A stretch of 64,000 bases of DNA from Felis catus (lineage: Eukaryota). The stretch is from the NCBI RefSeq assembly GCF_018350175.1, contig NC_058368.1, positions 175,896,001 to 175,960,000 of the forward strand, in the 5' to 3' direction. A program made the position numbers and the translations under genes. Of the stretch, positions 37,251 to 50,263 are shown in pieces; positions within the stretch are counted from its first letter, which is position 1, and each line of letters begins with the position of its first letter. The notes under the pieces were generated by a model. The model saw nothing but the letters and a program-made list of their open reading frames with translations, was not told the origin of the DNA and did no database searches.

Positions 37251-37681
37251 GGTATTACTTCTTGTGCTTTTTATTCCCACAATTAAAACCAGCTTCTCTT
37301 CATGTGTGGTGGCCTCTGTCTGACCCAAAGAGAAGTCCTACAGGGAGAAGGAGGAAGAAAGTAAAACACAGTGGTGGCGTCTCAACGTTACAAACTCCTG
37401 ACAGCTGGTATCCAACTGGACGTCCAGGCAGGGCCCAAGGCTGTGCAGAGTCCGGAGCAGGGGCAGAGAGGGGCCCAGTGGCTCAGCCCAGGACTCCCCA
37501 ACTCTCACAGCCATGGAGGCTGGGTCCATGGAGTTCAGTAAGGTCTCCAGGCCGCACGGGGCCCCAGATGACACCTGAGATGCCCCTCATGACCACCCTG
37601 AACATCACTTCCTCGTGGGTAAAATCAGGATTCTGATAATACCACCCTCCAGGAGCAGCTTTGGAAATGAGCTGGATGGAC

Positions 37682-37884
37682 GGGGTGCCTGGGTGGCGCA
37701 GTCGGTTAAGCCTCCGACTTCAGCCAGGTCACGATCTCGCGGTCCGTGAGTTCGAGCCCCGCGTCGGGCTCAGGGCTGATGGCTCAGAGCCTGGAGCCTG
37801 TTTCTGATTCTGTGTCTCCCTCTCTCTCTGCCCCTCCCCCGTTCATGCTCTGTCTCTCTCTGTCCCAAAAAATAAATAAATGTT
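37682..37884 (+). mobile_element. Young Can-SINE (SINEC_Fc) inserted in a MIR
   Basis: Intact A box (tggcgcagtcgg) and B-box-like gagttcgagcc. Flanking direct repeat ttggaaatgagctggatgga (37661-37680 and 37883-37902). Confidence 0.97.
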
Positions 37885-38523
37885 GGAAATGAGCTGGATG
37901 GATACATGGCAAGAGCTTTGAAGAACGCCTACATAATGACACTTCCCAATGCTAGGTCTTATTATCTTGGTAATTCTTATTTTCTTCTTCGTGCCCTCCT
38001 GCAGCTTCCACTCTCTATGGTGTGTGTGTGTGTAGTAATTTTACGACAAAGGAAATATGGCGAAATGGCATGTTTTAAAGAAAAAAAAAAACAGTGATTA
38101 AAGATGGAGTATCAATGCTGAGGATGTAAGGAATGGAGAGGATATATCCAGTTGGGGATGAATCAGGGTGCACCTCACGGAGGCAGCAGCATTTGAGACA
38201 GGCTTTCAAGCATGGGCAGAATCTGGTTAAGTAGCCAACAAGATTCCTTGGCACAACAAGATTCCTGGAGAGTCAAGGAACAGAGAAACTGCTACTAATG
38301 AAAAAGATGTGAGGGGAGAAAACCCAGAAATGCCAGCAGGAGAGGCAGGAAAAGGTCTTAGGAGGGGCATTTTTTTTTCCCAGAATGCCTATCTTCTGGC
38401 CAAAAAGGAGACCAGAGATAGAAGGTGGATACAGCCTTTCAACTAGAAAGACTTTTCTTTGTCATGGATGTAGGCTTAGGATTGGTGCTGGGAGCCACAA
38501 ACTGATCATTTACAGAAGAAATA

Positions 38524-38687
38524 GGGGTGCCTGCATGGCTCAGCCGGTCGAACGTCCAACTTTGGCTCAGGTCATGATCTCATGGTTCATGGGTTTGAGT
38601 CCCATGTCAGGCTGTGTGCTGACAGCTCAAAGCCTGGAGCCTGCTCCGGATTCTGTGTCTCCCTCTCTCTTTGTGCCTCCCCCACTT

Positions 38688-38762
<75 letters not shown>

Positions 38763-38777
38763 TAAACATTTTTAAAA
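38524..38777 (+). mobile_element. Can-SINE with compound (CT)n(CA)n microsatellite
   Basis: SINE head ggggtgcctgcatggctcag. (CT)n ~38690-38718, (CA)n ~38719-38760. Confidence 0.95.
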
Positions 38778-41409
38778 GAGAGAGAGGAGAAACAAAATGA
38801 TCACTAACACCATGGGAGAAATTGTGTTCAAGTGAGTCAGGGCAATATACACAAGGGTAGTAAGAAAAAGGGAAGAGGCAGGCAGAAAAAAGGAAGGCCA
38901 CCGAGGTTTTTTCTCACACCCAAAGAAGCAACGGAATCAAGTTCACCCCTTCCTGAGACAATGTAGACAACCCTTGGCTCCTCAGTCTCAGCCCCAAGCC
39001 TCTTCACTAAACAAGGGTCAATAACCCTCTGGGTAATGCACCCCTTCCCTGGGTCCTGGAAGCCCACTGCTCCCGGCTCTGCCAAGGAAGCCTTCATGGG
39101 ACAGAGAACACAGCATGTCTCTTGCCTTGATGAAAGCATCAAAACCTGGAGAAGCAAAAAGCCGAGCCAGCTGGTATAGACAAGGTACTTAATGCAAACG
39201 CATTCCTACTTCTTCCAATCTTTTTGAAAGTGCTCCTCCAATTTCATATAAGCCAATCAGTAGACAGTGGCACTTGAGCATTGTAAATCCCACTTCTGCC
39301 ACCCTGAAGCAGTGTAGCTCCACGCAAGGTGCCTCCTTCCTGGGAGCAGGAGTTCCTTCATCCATCCAATGGGAGGAATGACACAGACCCTGTAAGGTGG
39401 TTGGGAGCTTTACAGGGAGTGAATGCATGGTCAACGTCAGCCCTCGATAAGGACCAGCAACTGCTACCAAAAAGTCAGAGACAAAGATAAGCATGCACAA
39501 AAATGCACACAGAATAGCTCCTCTTGGTTGGAGAGCAAAAGCAGGAACTGGGGTATGCTGCTGAAGTCCCGAATTCCTCTAGATCTCGGCTAGCAAGTGC
39601 CTTGGCCAGGGACAGGCTTTCAAGTTGTTAACGGTCTCATTTCCCTAAGTTGTATAACAGGAACGGTGGTTCACTGTGGGGCTGGGCACGCAGAGCGTTG
39701 GGGCTGATGGGCCACATACTGGGCCCAGACCCTTGGGCAAACCTTGAGCAGATTGTGTGGTCTCCCTCTAGCACTGGGCAAGAAGAAGAGACCTCAGACA
39801 TCCATCTGCAGGTCTGGACTAGGAAAGGGGTGCAACATGCTTCCTTCAGGGCAGCCAGCAAGAGATTCAGGGTGGAGGGGGTGAGCTCAAAAAGCTATTC
39901 TACATGAAGCAGAGACAATTTCACAAAATGATGTCTATTATCCCAGACATTTGAGAACCTGCCTGACTCTTCCTGCCCTGTGCCCATCTTCCAGGTCAGA
40001 AAACAAGCACAGCAGCCTGAAACTTGAGGAATACCCATTCTATCTGGGAATTAAAGAGCTGCTTCTATGAATTCAAATAAGGATCCCCCCTGTCTACACT
40101 GAGTCTTTCTTGACTCAGTAGCGACCCAGAACACGCTGCCTGCAGTATAGCCTTTCTTTCGCTTCATGTTCCTGCGTAAAGGCACATACTGGGCAAGGCA
40201 GCCCGGAGCCAGCTTCTCCCTCGTTTCACCATATAAAAGGCTGCCAAAGTAGCACCAATATATTCCGTGGTCTCTCCCTAATTCCATCTTCATTTAGCAA
40301 AATCCACTGACACCGTTAATTTGCATTGAGACCCAGCGGGCAAGGGTGAATAAGCCACTTACACAAAACAATGTTAAGGTGGCTTTAGGTGACAACGACA
40401 AAGGCCACTGCCACTTGTCACATTACGCTTGTCATGCCCTAGGAGAGTAATCCAAAGGGGCGACGGTGAGGACCCTGGCATCTCAGAAAATACAAGTTTC
40501 AGGTAAATAAAAGAAAGCCTGGCTTCTCACAGCAAGTGGGGGGTACACACCGGAAACAGTCAATGCTTTCTAAATATTCAAATAAATCCACAGACGACAG
40601 ATCCAGAAGGGATTGTGAAAGGAACCTGAAACAGGCAGCGTGTTTATAAATCAGCACAATGACTAAAATGGATTGGCTTCCCTCTTCCCCACAAAAACAA
40701 TATTGCCGTGGCAAGGTTATGAAGCATTCCTAACCGTGGACCTCATGATGATTAAATCATAAATATGACTCAACATGCCAGTAAAACAAAGATATCACAA
40801 CTCTAAACCTTTACAATAGTTGGCCACAGTAAGAATTTACATGGCCAGCCCCATATGATGGGCATTGCTTCATCGGTCAAACCAATGGTACGAAAAGTCG
40901 CCTTTTACTCTAAAGCCTACAAAAAAAACAACTAAACACTGCAATGCCACTGCACCACCAACTTGACCTACAGCTGATACGTTAGCTATAATACACATCA
41001 CATTTGTACCGCTTTGACTCACCTTCTTAATACGTGGGAGTTTGGGGGGAAATGGTTTTTAAAACCCTGCTGTCTTTTGAAGACGGTGCAGGAAAAACTA
41101 CCCGAATGCCTTCGGTTCCCCTGGAGCAGTTGTTCTGCAGCAGCGAGGGGCATTCAGCATCAGCCCCCTGCCTCCGAGCCCCACTCCCACTCTCAAGTGC
41201 TGCAGGAGTCCCCACTCTGATGGCGGTGAGCACACCAGCAGCTATGTCCCTCCTTCCCCTTAGAAATCTCCTGAAGATGCCCCAGGCTTAGCTTGGATGC
41301 TTCTCAAGGCAGCTCCTCCCACTGAGACAGATACCTAGATCCCCATAATTCTAATCTGCTCTCCTGGGAACAAAGAAATAAAGCTGATCTTCCTTTTGTA
41401 GCTCAGGCT

Positions 41410-41830
41410 ATCAGCTAAAATGCTATGGTGTCAAGAAAAAGAAAAGACAGCTCAATGAGGATTAAACAATAAGGAAGTTTATAGACTTGCCCGAGAGGCA
41501 GCCCTGAGTTGGGGTGAGCTTGGTAGGGGGGAGGGAATCGATCCAGGGACTCTGCCATCTCCCAGGACTGGATGCCCTTGTGGTTACAGCTGGCAGCCAA
41601 CAGCCAGCAAGGCTACCTGCTTTCTCCCTCGCTGTTGGGGGGAGGGGTAGACAGAGAGATGGCCCTTTCCTGAACCCTCCTCAACCAAGCACAGACTTAC
41701 TTTCCCCGAAGCCCCTACCAAACCCCTCTTCACATCTCATTGGCCTGAAATGTCTTAGATCTTCCATCTATGAACCAATCACAGGGGCCAGGGGGATGAG
41801 ACTTCCTTGACTGGCTTAGCTATCAACCGA
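41410..41830 (-). mobile_element. MaLR LTR (MLT1J/K/L-like)
   Basis: ttaaacaataaggaagtttat..tctcattggcctgaaat..tgaaccaatcacaggggccaggggga..tgactggcttag. Confidence 0.6.
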
Positions 41831-42229
41831 GCAGGGTCCATCCAAAGATTGTGGATCAATCTACCAAACCACGCCCACCTCACGCTCCCCCCACCCTTTC
41901 CACTCCCCCCACCCCCACCACTGCTGGTTTTACACATTGGAGAAGGGTATGGTGATTGTTGGAAAAATAATCACCATGTCCATTCTACGGTTCTTCTTTT
42001 TTGGTGGAAAATCCAATCCCTTCGGCAGATTCTCCACAGGAGGATCCCTGGGCCTCTTGTGATCTGGCTGCCCTCTCCAGCACTCAGCCCTTGGGGTGCT
42101 AAACTATTCGGGGGAACCACTCTGCCTGTGTCAGTACACTGGGCATCCAGAAACACTGGCTAAGCCAGACTTGTGGCTTTCACAGTCATGCCATACTGAG
42201 GGCTTATACGGGACAAATCGCCATGAGCT

Positions 42230-42380
42230 TTAGTGGGGCCTGGGTTTGGATTCCTGCTCTACCACTGACTGGATGGATATATAACCCTGAGCAGGTTATT
42301 TCTCCACCTTCACCCCCGGTTTTCTCATCTGTGAAATGGGGCTAATAATGGTAGTTACTATACTGGGTTATCCTCAAGAG
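42230..42380 (+). mobile_element. MIR
   Basis: cctgggtttggattcctgctctaccact..ccctgagcaggttat..ggttttctcatctgtgaaatggggctaataat. Confidence 0.75.
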
Positions 42381-43568
42381 AGAAAGCATGTACTTAGTTC
42401 TCTCCCATCTGGTACCAATATCAGCCTCCAGCTGTACAGAAAAGTAGAGGCTTTCTGTTCCTCCTTTACTCACACCAGATCCGGAAATGTGATCCCTGCC
42501 ATCTGTGGATGCCCAGCTGTGCAGAAGGCCCCACATTCTCTGCAGGAGAAACTCGCTCTCTGCCCTCCAAGAGCCCTCTCCTCCTTCCCTCCACCTGCTC
42601 TGCCTCTGCCCCCTGCCCCCCAGACTCCCCATATGTAACAGAACTAAGCAGAACAGCTCCATCACAACAGAAATACCCATTTACAGTAACTGTGCCTTTT
42701 TTCTGCAATTGCAGCTGCTACTGTGTGCCTCCATTACTCAAATGTAACAAACCCACTTCAGCAATACTGAAGTTAATTATAAAGAGAAATACTCAGAGCT
42801 CTGGAAAGAAAATTTCAATAGTAGCCATTCATCTTGTAAAACATTCAGCCTTCTCCAGGAGCTAAAAATGAAAAAGAATTATCACACTAGATTTCTTTGC
42901 AAGTGTTTTCATGGTATGTGAGCTTCTTACAATGATTACGGATATTGATATTCTTAAGTAGTTTAAAGAAATTGGCCAAGGCAGGAATCAGAGAGGAAAC
43001 TAACTGCTCAGCGACTGTTTCTTCCTTCGGTGAAAAAGTGGGTCATATCTCAAATGTTAACACTTCTTTCCCTACCAGGCTGAGAATTCCTGTGCTTGGG
43101 AACTTTCTTGAGCCCCCATCCCCCAATCTGTCCAGCACCCTCTTGCTTTGGCCTGTCCCTGTGGGTTCTGCCCAGTTGCCCTGACTCAATCTCGTTCTGC
43201 CTACTCCTCCAGACAGGTGCCTTAGCCAGACTAGCCTCCTGGCTGTTCATTCTCCCAGCTCACCTTCAGCCCCGTGTTCTGCAGCCCTCTGGTCAGGCCT
43301 CTCCCAGCCCTGCACCCAACTCACGCCTTACCCTGATCACCTATCCCACAAGGGACTCTGGAAAGTAAGAGTGAAGACCATCCTGTTCCACACTAAGTAG
43401 AGAAGTACCTGAGAAATACTTGAGAAGGTTGCTCATCAAGGAGGAAACTCAAACTCTTGCAAAACCACCCCCTTATCACCATCACCATTGGAGACAGGTC
43501 TGGTTGGGCCATGAAGCTAATTCTGGGTAGGAAGCTTGACACAGATGAGTTCTCTTGCAGGAAGCACA

Positions 43569-43940
43569 TGGTAGGATGGACAATTGTTCCCATTTCTTCA
43601 CCCCTTCCCCTGCCACGTGGCCGTGCAGAGGAGGAGGACACAGAGAGCACACCCCACCGCACTGACCCTGGGCTTGGCTATGTGTGTTGCTTTGGCCAAA
43701 GGGATATTAGTAGATGTGACACAAGAGGAACTCTTCAAGGACTTGCACAGTTTGGTTTAACCCTTTACACTTTCATGACCCACCATGAGAAAGGTATGCC
43801 CCAAATAGCCCCTAGTGCAAAGAGACTGGGACTCAACTAGCAGCCTAGAGCCAAGCTGGCAATCCCAACCAAGACTCGGGCAACCCTAGGCTCATGAGCA
43901 AGAAAACAAATGTTTGAGTTGTTTGTGTGCAGCAAAACCC
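43569..43940 (+). mobile_element. MaLR LTR (MLT1H/I-like)
   Basis: gggcttggctatgtgtgttgctttggccaaagggatattagtagatgtgacacaag..caccatgagaa..catgagcaagaaaacaaatgttt. Confidence 0.7.
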
Positions 43941-44021
43941 AAAACAGAACAGCCATTGCCCCAAAACACCATTGCTGGCATCCTGACCACAAGGTTCCTT
44001 ATTGCCCCAAATCAAGAGGTG

Positions 44022-44316
44022 ACTACAATCAACACAACTGAAAGGCAATATATAGAACTGGAGAAACCACATATTTGAAACCACATATCTGCTAAGGAGT
44101 TAATATTCAAAGTATATAAAGAAATCATACAATTCAGTAGTTATTAATAATCTAGTTTAAAAATAGCCAAAGGACCGGAATAGACATTTTTCCAAAGAAG
44201 ACATTCAAATGGCCAACAGGTATATGAAGAGGCACTCAACATTACTGACCATCAGGGAAATGCAAATCAAAACCACAATGAGATATCACCTGACACCTGT
44301 TAGAATGGCTATTATC

Positions 44317-44355
<39 letters not shown>

Positions 44356-44663
44356 AACAGGTATTGGTGAGGATGTGGAGAAAAGGGAAGCCTTGTACAC
44401 TGTTGGTGGGAATGTAAATTGATACAGCCACTATAGAAAACAGTTATGAAGATTCCCCCAAAATTTAAAAACAGACTTATTACTGGATATGATCCAGCAA
44501 TCCCACTTCTGGGTATATATCCAAAGGAAATGAAATCAATACCTTGAAGAGATATCTGTACCCTCACGTTAACTGCAGCATTATTCACAATAGCCAAAAT
44601 CTGAAAACAACCTAAGTGCCTGTTGACAGATGAGCAGATTAAGAAAAAAAAAAAGGTGTGTGT

Positions 44664-44701
<38 letters not shown>

Positions 44702-45222
44702 ACGCACGCGTTCGCACACAAGCACATGTGTGAGCGTGATGGAATATATTCCACCACAAAAAAAGTAGGCAACCTTGTCATTTGAAGCAAAATGGATGAA
44801 TCTCAAGGGCATTATGCTAAGTGAAATAAGTCAGACGGAGAAAGACAAGGACTATATTCCTCACTTGTGTGTGGAATCTAAAAAAACCCTGAACTCATAG
44901 AAACAGAGAACAGACTGGTGGTTATCAGGGCGGGAGGTGGGAGTGGGGGTAAATGGGGAGATGCTGGTCAAAGGAAGATAAATTCCAGTTATAAGACGGA
45001 TCAGTTCTGAGGATGTCATGTACAGCATGGTGGCTATTTGCTAAGAGAGTCGATCTTGAAAGTTCTTACCACACACACACACAAAGGTAATTATGTGAGG
45101 TGATGGATGTGTTAGCTAACCTTATGGTGGTAATCATTCCACAATATGTAGGTATATCAAATCATTACATTGTACACCTAAAACTTACACTATGTTATAT
45201 CTCAATAAAGCTTGGAGAAAAA
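44022..45222 (+). mobile_element. L1MA-type 3' fragment (ORF2 C-terminus and 3' UTR) containing (GA)n and (TG)n microsatellites
   Basis: agacatttttccaaagaagacattcaaatggccaacagg..gaaatgcaaatcaaaaccacaatgagatatcacc..gcattatgctaagtgaaataagtcag..tctcaataaagct. (GA)n ~44322-44352, (TG)n ~44656-44699. Confidence 0.92.
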
Positions 45223-45263
45223 GGATAATAAATATTGTATTTTTAAAAAAATAGATTGCCATC

Positions 45264-45395
45264 CACCTGACTCTTGATTTCAGCTCAGGTCGTGACATCA
45301 CGGGTTCCATGAGATTGAGCCCTACATTGGGTTCCATGCTGTCAGTGCGGAGCCCGCTTGGGTTTCTCTCTCTTCCTCTCTCTGCTCCTCCCCTG

Positions 45396-45432
<37 letters not shown>

Positions 45433-45459
45433 AAAAATAAATAAATAAACATTTTTTTT
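45264..45459 (+). mobile_element. 5'-truncated Can-SINE (A box missing)
   Basis: Begins at cacctgactcttgatttcagctcagg. TSD aaaaaa(t/c)aga(t/c)tgccatc on both sides. Confidence 0.9.
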
Positions 45460-45659
45460 AAAAAACAGACTGCCATCTTTGCGGGACAGAAGAGAGAAGA
45501 GCAGCCACTCCATCGATAACCCCACAGCACTTGGCAATGATGATGGACCAAGGAAATAAATCAGAATCCTGGATGGGACCAGCTTCTGCCTCACATGCCC
45601 CACATGGTCAACAACTGTGCTTGCCTGCCTCGCTTCCCCTTGCCCTCACTCTGGTACTA

Positions 45660-46115
45660 GCCCCCCACACTTCCCTCTGGGGAATCACCGCACCCACACC
45701 ATCAGCGTGACTTAGGAAGGCTCCCTCTGCTCTCTGGCTTTAGGCATGGGCTCATACTATCCACTTATTCCATTACCCTGGCCACAGTGAGTGGGTCAGG
45801 GATGGACATATGACCCTGGCCAGATGCAAAAGAGCCAAGCAGAGGACTTTTGCAGGAACCGCTGGGGAGGAGGGGCTCTTTCTGGTAAAATCTGGGCTCG
45901 GAGATGCTGGAGTCACCACCAACAGATTGCCCAAAAATGAAGCAAACACAGAGGGAAGCCAGGGCTAAAAGGTGGAAAGAAACAGATGTCTAAAGCCTTT
46001 GTGTGAACACCCAGATCCAGCTGAGCCTTAAGTTGATATATCCTGAACACCTCAGATGTATGAGTCCGTAACTTTCTAGTTTCTTCAGCCAGGGAAGTTG
46101 AGTTCTTTCCCTCCC
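45660..46115 (+). mobile_element. MaLR LTR (MLT1K-like)
   Basis: ccctggccacagtgagtgggtcagggatggacatatgacc..ggacttttgcaggaacc..atgaagcaaacacagagggaag..ccagatccagctgagcct. Confidence 0.65.
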
Positions 46116-46899
46116 CGACTGAAGACGCTCCATTTGTCAGCCACCCTGTGCAACTGCTCCTCTCCATCCTTGCATCATTGAGGTCTGTTCAATGTTAAGA
46201 AAGGGCAAAGAATTTCCATGCTCCTGCATTGGAATTTCTGTTGCTGGCCTCTGCCATTTTGTTGGGCCAGTGGTTCCAAACCCTTGAGAAGGGCAAAGTC
46301 CATCATTCTTGGTCAGGAATATTGCATAGCGTCTATTTGTTCATGCATATGTTTATTATTTTCTCAGTAAGTGGTTAACCTTTCCTTTTTCTTGGGGGAA
46401 AAATAATCTGAGCATACCATCACCTCATTTCCCTGCCTCCCTCAGTATTCAGGAACATGACAAAGTTGAATTTCTGAACTTTAAGAGAGTTCAAAGCAAA
46501 TCAAACCAGCCCCCTTCAAAACAAAAGAAACTATCTTGTCGCAGAGGGTCCTCTCGCCTGAAATGCATTCCAAAGCAATGCCACAAATGCATGCAGCAGG
46601 CCAAATGCCATCGGCTGCTGATTGAGGGCCATCTGAAGAACATTCTCCCCTTCCGGCCATCCCCCAACCCAGCTGCCAGGTCTCCCCACTTGCAGTCCTC
46701 AAGTTCCTGAAATGATATGGGCAGTGCAGATGTCACAGGGCTCACATAAGGCATGAGAGCAGCCTTGGCCCTTGAGGGCTCTCCTGCTCAGCTGTCACAG
46801 CTGATTGGGCCGCTGGCCCAACCAAGGGCTCATTCAGAGAGCCTCCAACGCAAGACTCACCTCCCTCCCGCCCAGAGTCAAGCTCCTGATGCTCTAGTG

Positions 46900-47760
46900 A
46901 AGCATCTAGCGTTTTCATCTTGTAAAACGGAAATTCTGCACCCATTTTAATTTTTTTTTAATGTTTATATTTGAGAGAGAGAGAAACAGAGCACGAGTGG
47001 GAAGGGGCAGAGAGAGAGGGAGACAGAATCCGAAGCAGGCTCCAGGCTCTGAGCTGTCAGCGCAGAGCCCGATGCGGGGCTCGAACTCACGAGCCGTGAG
47101 ATCATGACCTGAGCCGAAGTCGGACGCCCAGCGGACTGAGCCACCCAGATGTCCCTGCACCCGTTTTAAATACAATAACTTCCCTCCCCTACCCGCTGGC
47201 AAGCACCCTTCTACTTTCTGTCTCTTGAATTTGACTACCCTAGGTACTTCGTATAAGTGGAATCATACAGCATTTTGTCTTATTTCTGGCTTATTTCATT
47301 TAGCGTAATGTCCACAAGGTTCATCTTTGTTGTAACACGTTGCAGAATTCCCGTCTTTTTTAAGGCTGAATAATATTCCATTTTATGTATATGCCACATT
47401 TTCTTTATCTACTCACCTACTGATGGACGTTTAGGTTGTTTCCACACCTCGGCTATTCGGAATAGTGAGTGCTAATATCTCTTCATCAGTTCCGTCTGAT
47501 ACATACCCAGAAGTGTAACTGCCGGATCATGTGGTAGTTCTATGTTGAATTTTTTGAGAAATCGTCATACTGTGTTTCATAGAAGCTGCGCTGTTTTACA
47601 TTCCCACCAACAGTGTACAAGAGTTCCAATTTCTCCACATCTTCGTCCACGCTTGTTATCTCTGGCTGTTGTCATTGTTTGTTTTTGTTTCATAGCAGCC
47701 ATCCTGCTGCACGGAAGGTAGGATCTCATCGTGGTTTTGATTTTTAACTGCTACTCTTGT
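46900..47760 (-). mobile_element. L1MB-type 3' fragment, interrupted by a SINE
   Basis: ctactttctgtctcttgaatttgactaccctaggtacttcgtataagtggaatcatacag..ttttacattcccaccaacagtgtacaagagttccaatttctccacatc. Confidence 0.88.
46951..47155 (-). mobile_element. Can-SINE (SINEC_Fc type)
   Basis: TSD tgcaccc(a/g)ttttaa (46937-46950 and 47156-47169). Confidence 0.95.
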
Positions 47761-47794
47761 TGTAGTGGCCAACACTGGAACTTTCTCCTGCCTG

Positions 47795-47999
47795 TTTTTT
47801 TGTTTCTTTATTTTAGAGAGACAGAGACAGAGCACGAGTGGGGAAGGGGCAGAGAGAGAGGGAGACACAGAATCCGAAGCAGGCTCCAGGCTCTGAGCTG
47901 TCAGCACAGAGTCTGACGTGGGGCTCGAACCCACGAGCCGGGAGATCATGACCCGAGCCGGAGTCGGTTGCTGAACTGACTGATCCACCCAGGTGCCCC
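47795..47999 (-). mobile_element. Can-SINE (SINEC_Fc type)
   Basis: Full element ending tgatccacccaggtgcccc. Degenerate TSD ctcctg..gttttt. Confidence 0.95.
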
Positions 48000-48229
48000 A
48001 CTCCTGTCTCGTTTTTAATGTTTCAGAGGTGGGCTTATTTTACTTTGAAGATCCATGATCCTGGGTGCCTAACTAACTTGATACACATGGCCCAACTTCT
48101 AAGAGATCTCCTGCTTCAAAGTCACCGGGGCTTGAATCTCCCAAGTCATTAGTGCTACCCGTCCCTTTTCAGAGGAAGAAACAGAGGTCCCCAGAGGGAC
48201 ACTGTAGTGGTCAGGAAATAAGAGGTGGA

Positions 48230-48430
48230 CAGATTGAAAACCTGACTCTGCCACTCACCAGCTGCAGGGCCGGGGAGTGTCTCTTAGTTTCTCTGAGCCT
48301 TGTTCTTGCTTTTCATTTGTTTCTCTGCAAAATGGAGGCATTGATAGTGTCTATCTCATGGGGTTGCTGTAAGAGCGAAGCTGAATAACACAGGCCAAAT
48401 GCAAGGCCAGGCACGCAGCAAGTGTCCATT
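48230..48430 (+). mobile_element. MIR
   Basis: ctgactctgccactcaccagctg..tctctgagcct..ctctgcaaaatggagg..tctcatggggttgctgtaag. Confidence 0.7.
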
Positions 48431-49269
48431 TCCAGCAGCTCTTGTGGTTGTTGTTCTCTTATTCTTATTAAATAACTTGCCCAAGTCCCATGACCAGTGA
48501 CCACGTTTCCAGATTCCCAGTTTTTGTTCTTGCCGTGGTAACTCTTGACCCTACTTTCCTCGGTAGATGTGCTCACTTAGCCTTCTATGTGTCTCTGGGC
48601 CCAAAAACTGTAACCAATTGCCTTGCTTCTAAAATGTGCACTGAACTCAGTCTCTCACTGGTATACTCAGTTCAGTGCCATTCAGGAGGACAGGGGACAG
48701 CTGTGGAAAGCCACTGCTGGTTGTTACCGCAAGTTCCAAGTGGTCCAAGGTAGCAAAAGGCAAGAGCCAAATGATAGGGTGTGTGGAGGGTGTTCAAGGC
48801 ACCGGGGCCTTGCGAGACCTTTGGCCTCCGTGAAGTTCACATGATCTGACCTGACGGCTCTCCTCAGTCATCGGGGACCTGCTTTACCTTTGCATTGATT
48901 CCATCATGCATTTGTCTGATAATCCACACTTCACGGAGATGCTCTCATTCGGTGAGTAGTTCTCGAGAATCTACTCGAGCAAGATGATGTCCGAGGTGCC
49001 AACCACACCAAAGAGCAATGCCACAGAGCCTGGGGAGGGAGACAGATATTCAGAAGGCCACACAGACCGGTGGAAAACCACAACTCTGCTAAGAGCGTAG
49101 AGGAGCTGAGTGCCCTGGGTCATGACAGGAACCGCTCTCCGCTGAAGGTCCAAAGCATGGGCTGCAGTGTTACAGAAGCAGCAAATAAAACTGAGATGGG
49201 TCTTGGGCTGCTCTCCTGTCTGGACCCCAGACACCTGCTGTAGCTTTCAGCCTCCAGCAACCTTGCCAC

Positions 49270-49623
49270 ACTCACGGCCATGAGGGAAGGATCTGTTTCA
49301 GGTCTCTCCTTGACTTGCACATGGCTATCTTCTCTGCCTCCTTCTATAGTCTTCCCTCTATGTGTCTCTGTGTCCAAATTTCCCTTTTTTAAGGACACCA
49401 GTCATATTGGATTAACACCCACCCTAATGACCTCACTTTAACTTAACTTACCTCTATAAGGGGCACCTGGGTGGTTCAGTCAGTTAAGCGTCCGACTTTG
49501 GCTCAGGTCACGATCTCGCAGTTTATAGGTTTGAGCCCCGCGTCGGGCTCTGTGTTGACAGCTCAGAGCCTGGAGCCTGCTTCAGATTCTATGTCTCCCT
49601 CTCTCTCTATCCCTCCCCTGCTT

Positions 49624-49658
<35 letters not shown>

Positions 49659-49812
49659 AATAAATGAGGAAATTTTTTTAATAAATAAATTAAAATAAAT
49701 AAATTACCTCTATTAAGACCCTATCTCCAAGTCAGATCACATTCTGAGCTACCAAGGGTTAGGAATGCCACACATAAATTGGACGAAGGGGACAAATTTC
49801 ACCCCAAAACAC
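49270..49812 (-). mobile_element. MaLR LTR (MLT1A/B-like), interrupted by a SINE
   Basis: tgtgtccaaatttccc..aaggacaccagtcatattggatta..accctaatgacctcac..aagaccctatctccaag..cacattctgag. Confidence 0.8.
49460..49703 (+). mobile_element. Can-SINE (SINEC_Fc type)
   Basis: ggggcacctgggtggttcagtc head. TSD ttacctctat. Confidence 0.95.
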
Positions 49813-50212
49813 TCCTGAAACAGAAACTTCTCTCTCACTTCATACTTTCCTTTGTAGACTTTGAAATTTTATATTTATTTATATTACAAAATTTATATTA
49901 CAAAAAAATTATTTTTCTATTATAACTGTCTCATATATTTATGAGATTTCTATTACAAAAGATATTTTTAAGAGAAAAATCTATTAGAAATTAAAGCCCA
50001 TCCCCGCCCCCCACCAAATCAACTGTCAAACGAAAGCACAGCGATTGTGTGTTGCAGGTCACCAGCATTTGTCTCCATCTCTGAAACGAGAAGTATGTCC
50101 TACATCACAGATCTCCAAGATGGAGAGTCCACATCCAAGGGAGACATGACTTGACCATTACTGGTCTCACACACTTCTAGTTATTTTTGTTTTAGTTTCT
50201 GTTTTGTTTTAT

Positions 50213-50213
<1 letters not shown>

Positions 50214-50259
<46 letters not shown>

Positions 50260-50263
50260 GTGT
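50214..50263. repeat. (TG)n microsatellite
   Basis: Directly visible, one tgcg interruption. Confidence 0.95.
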
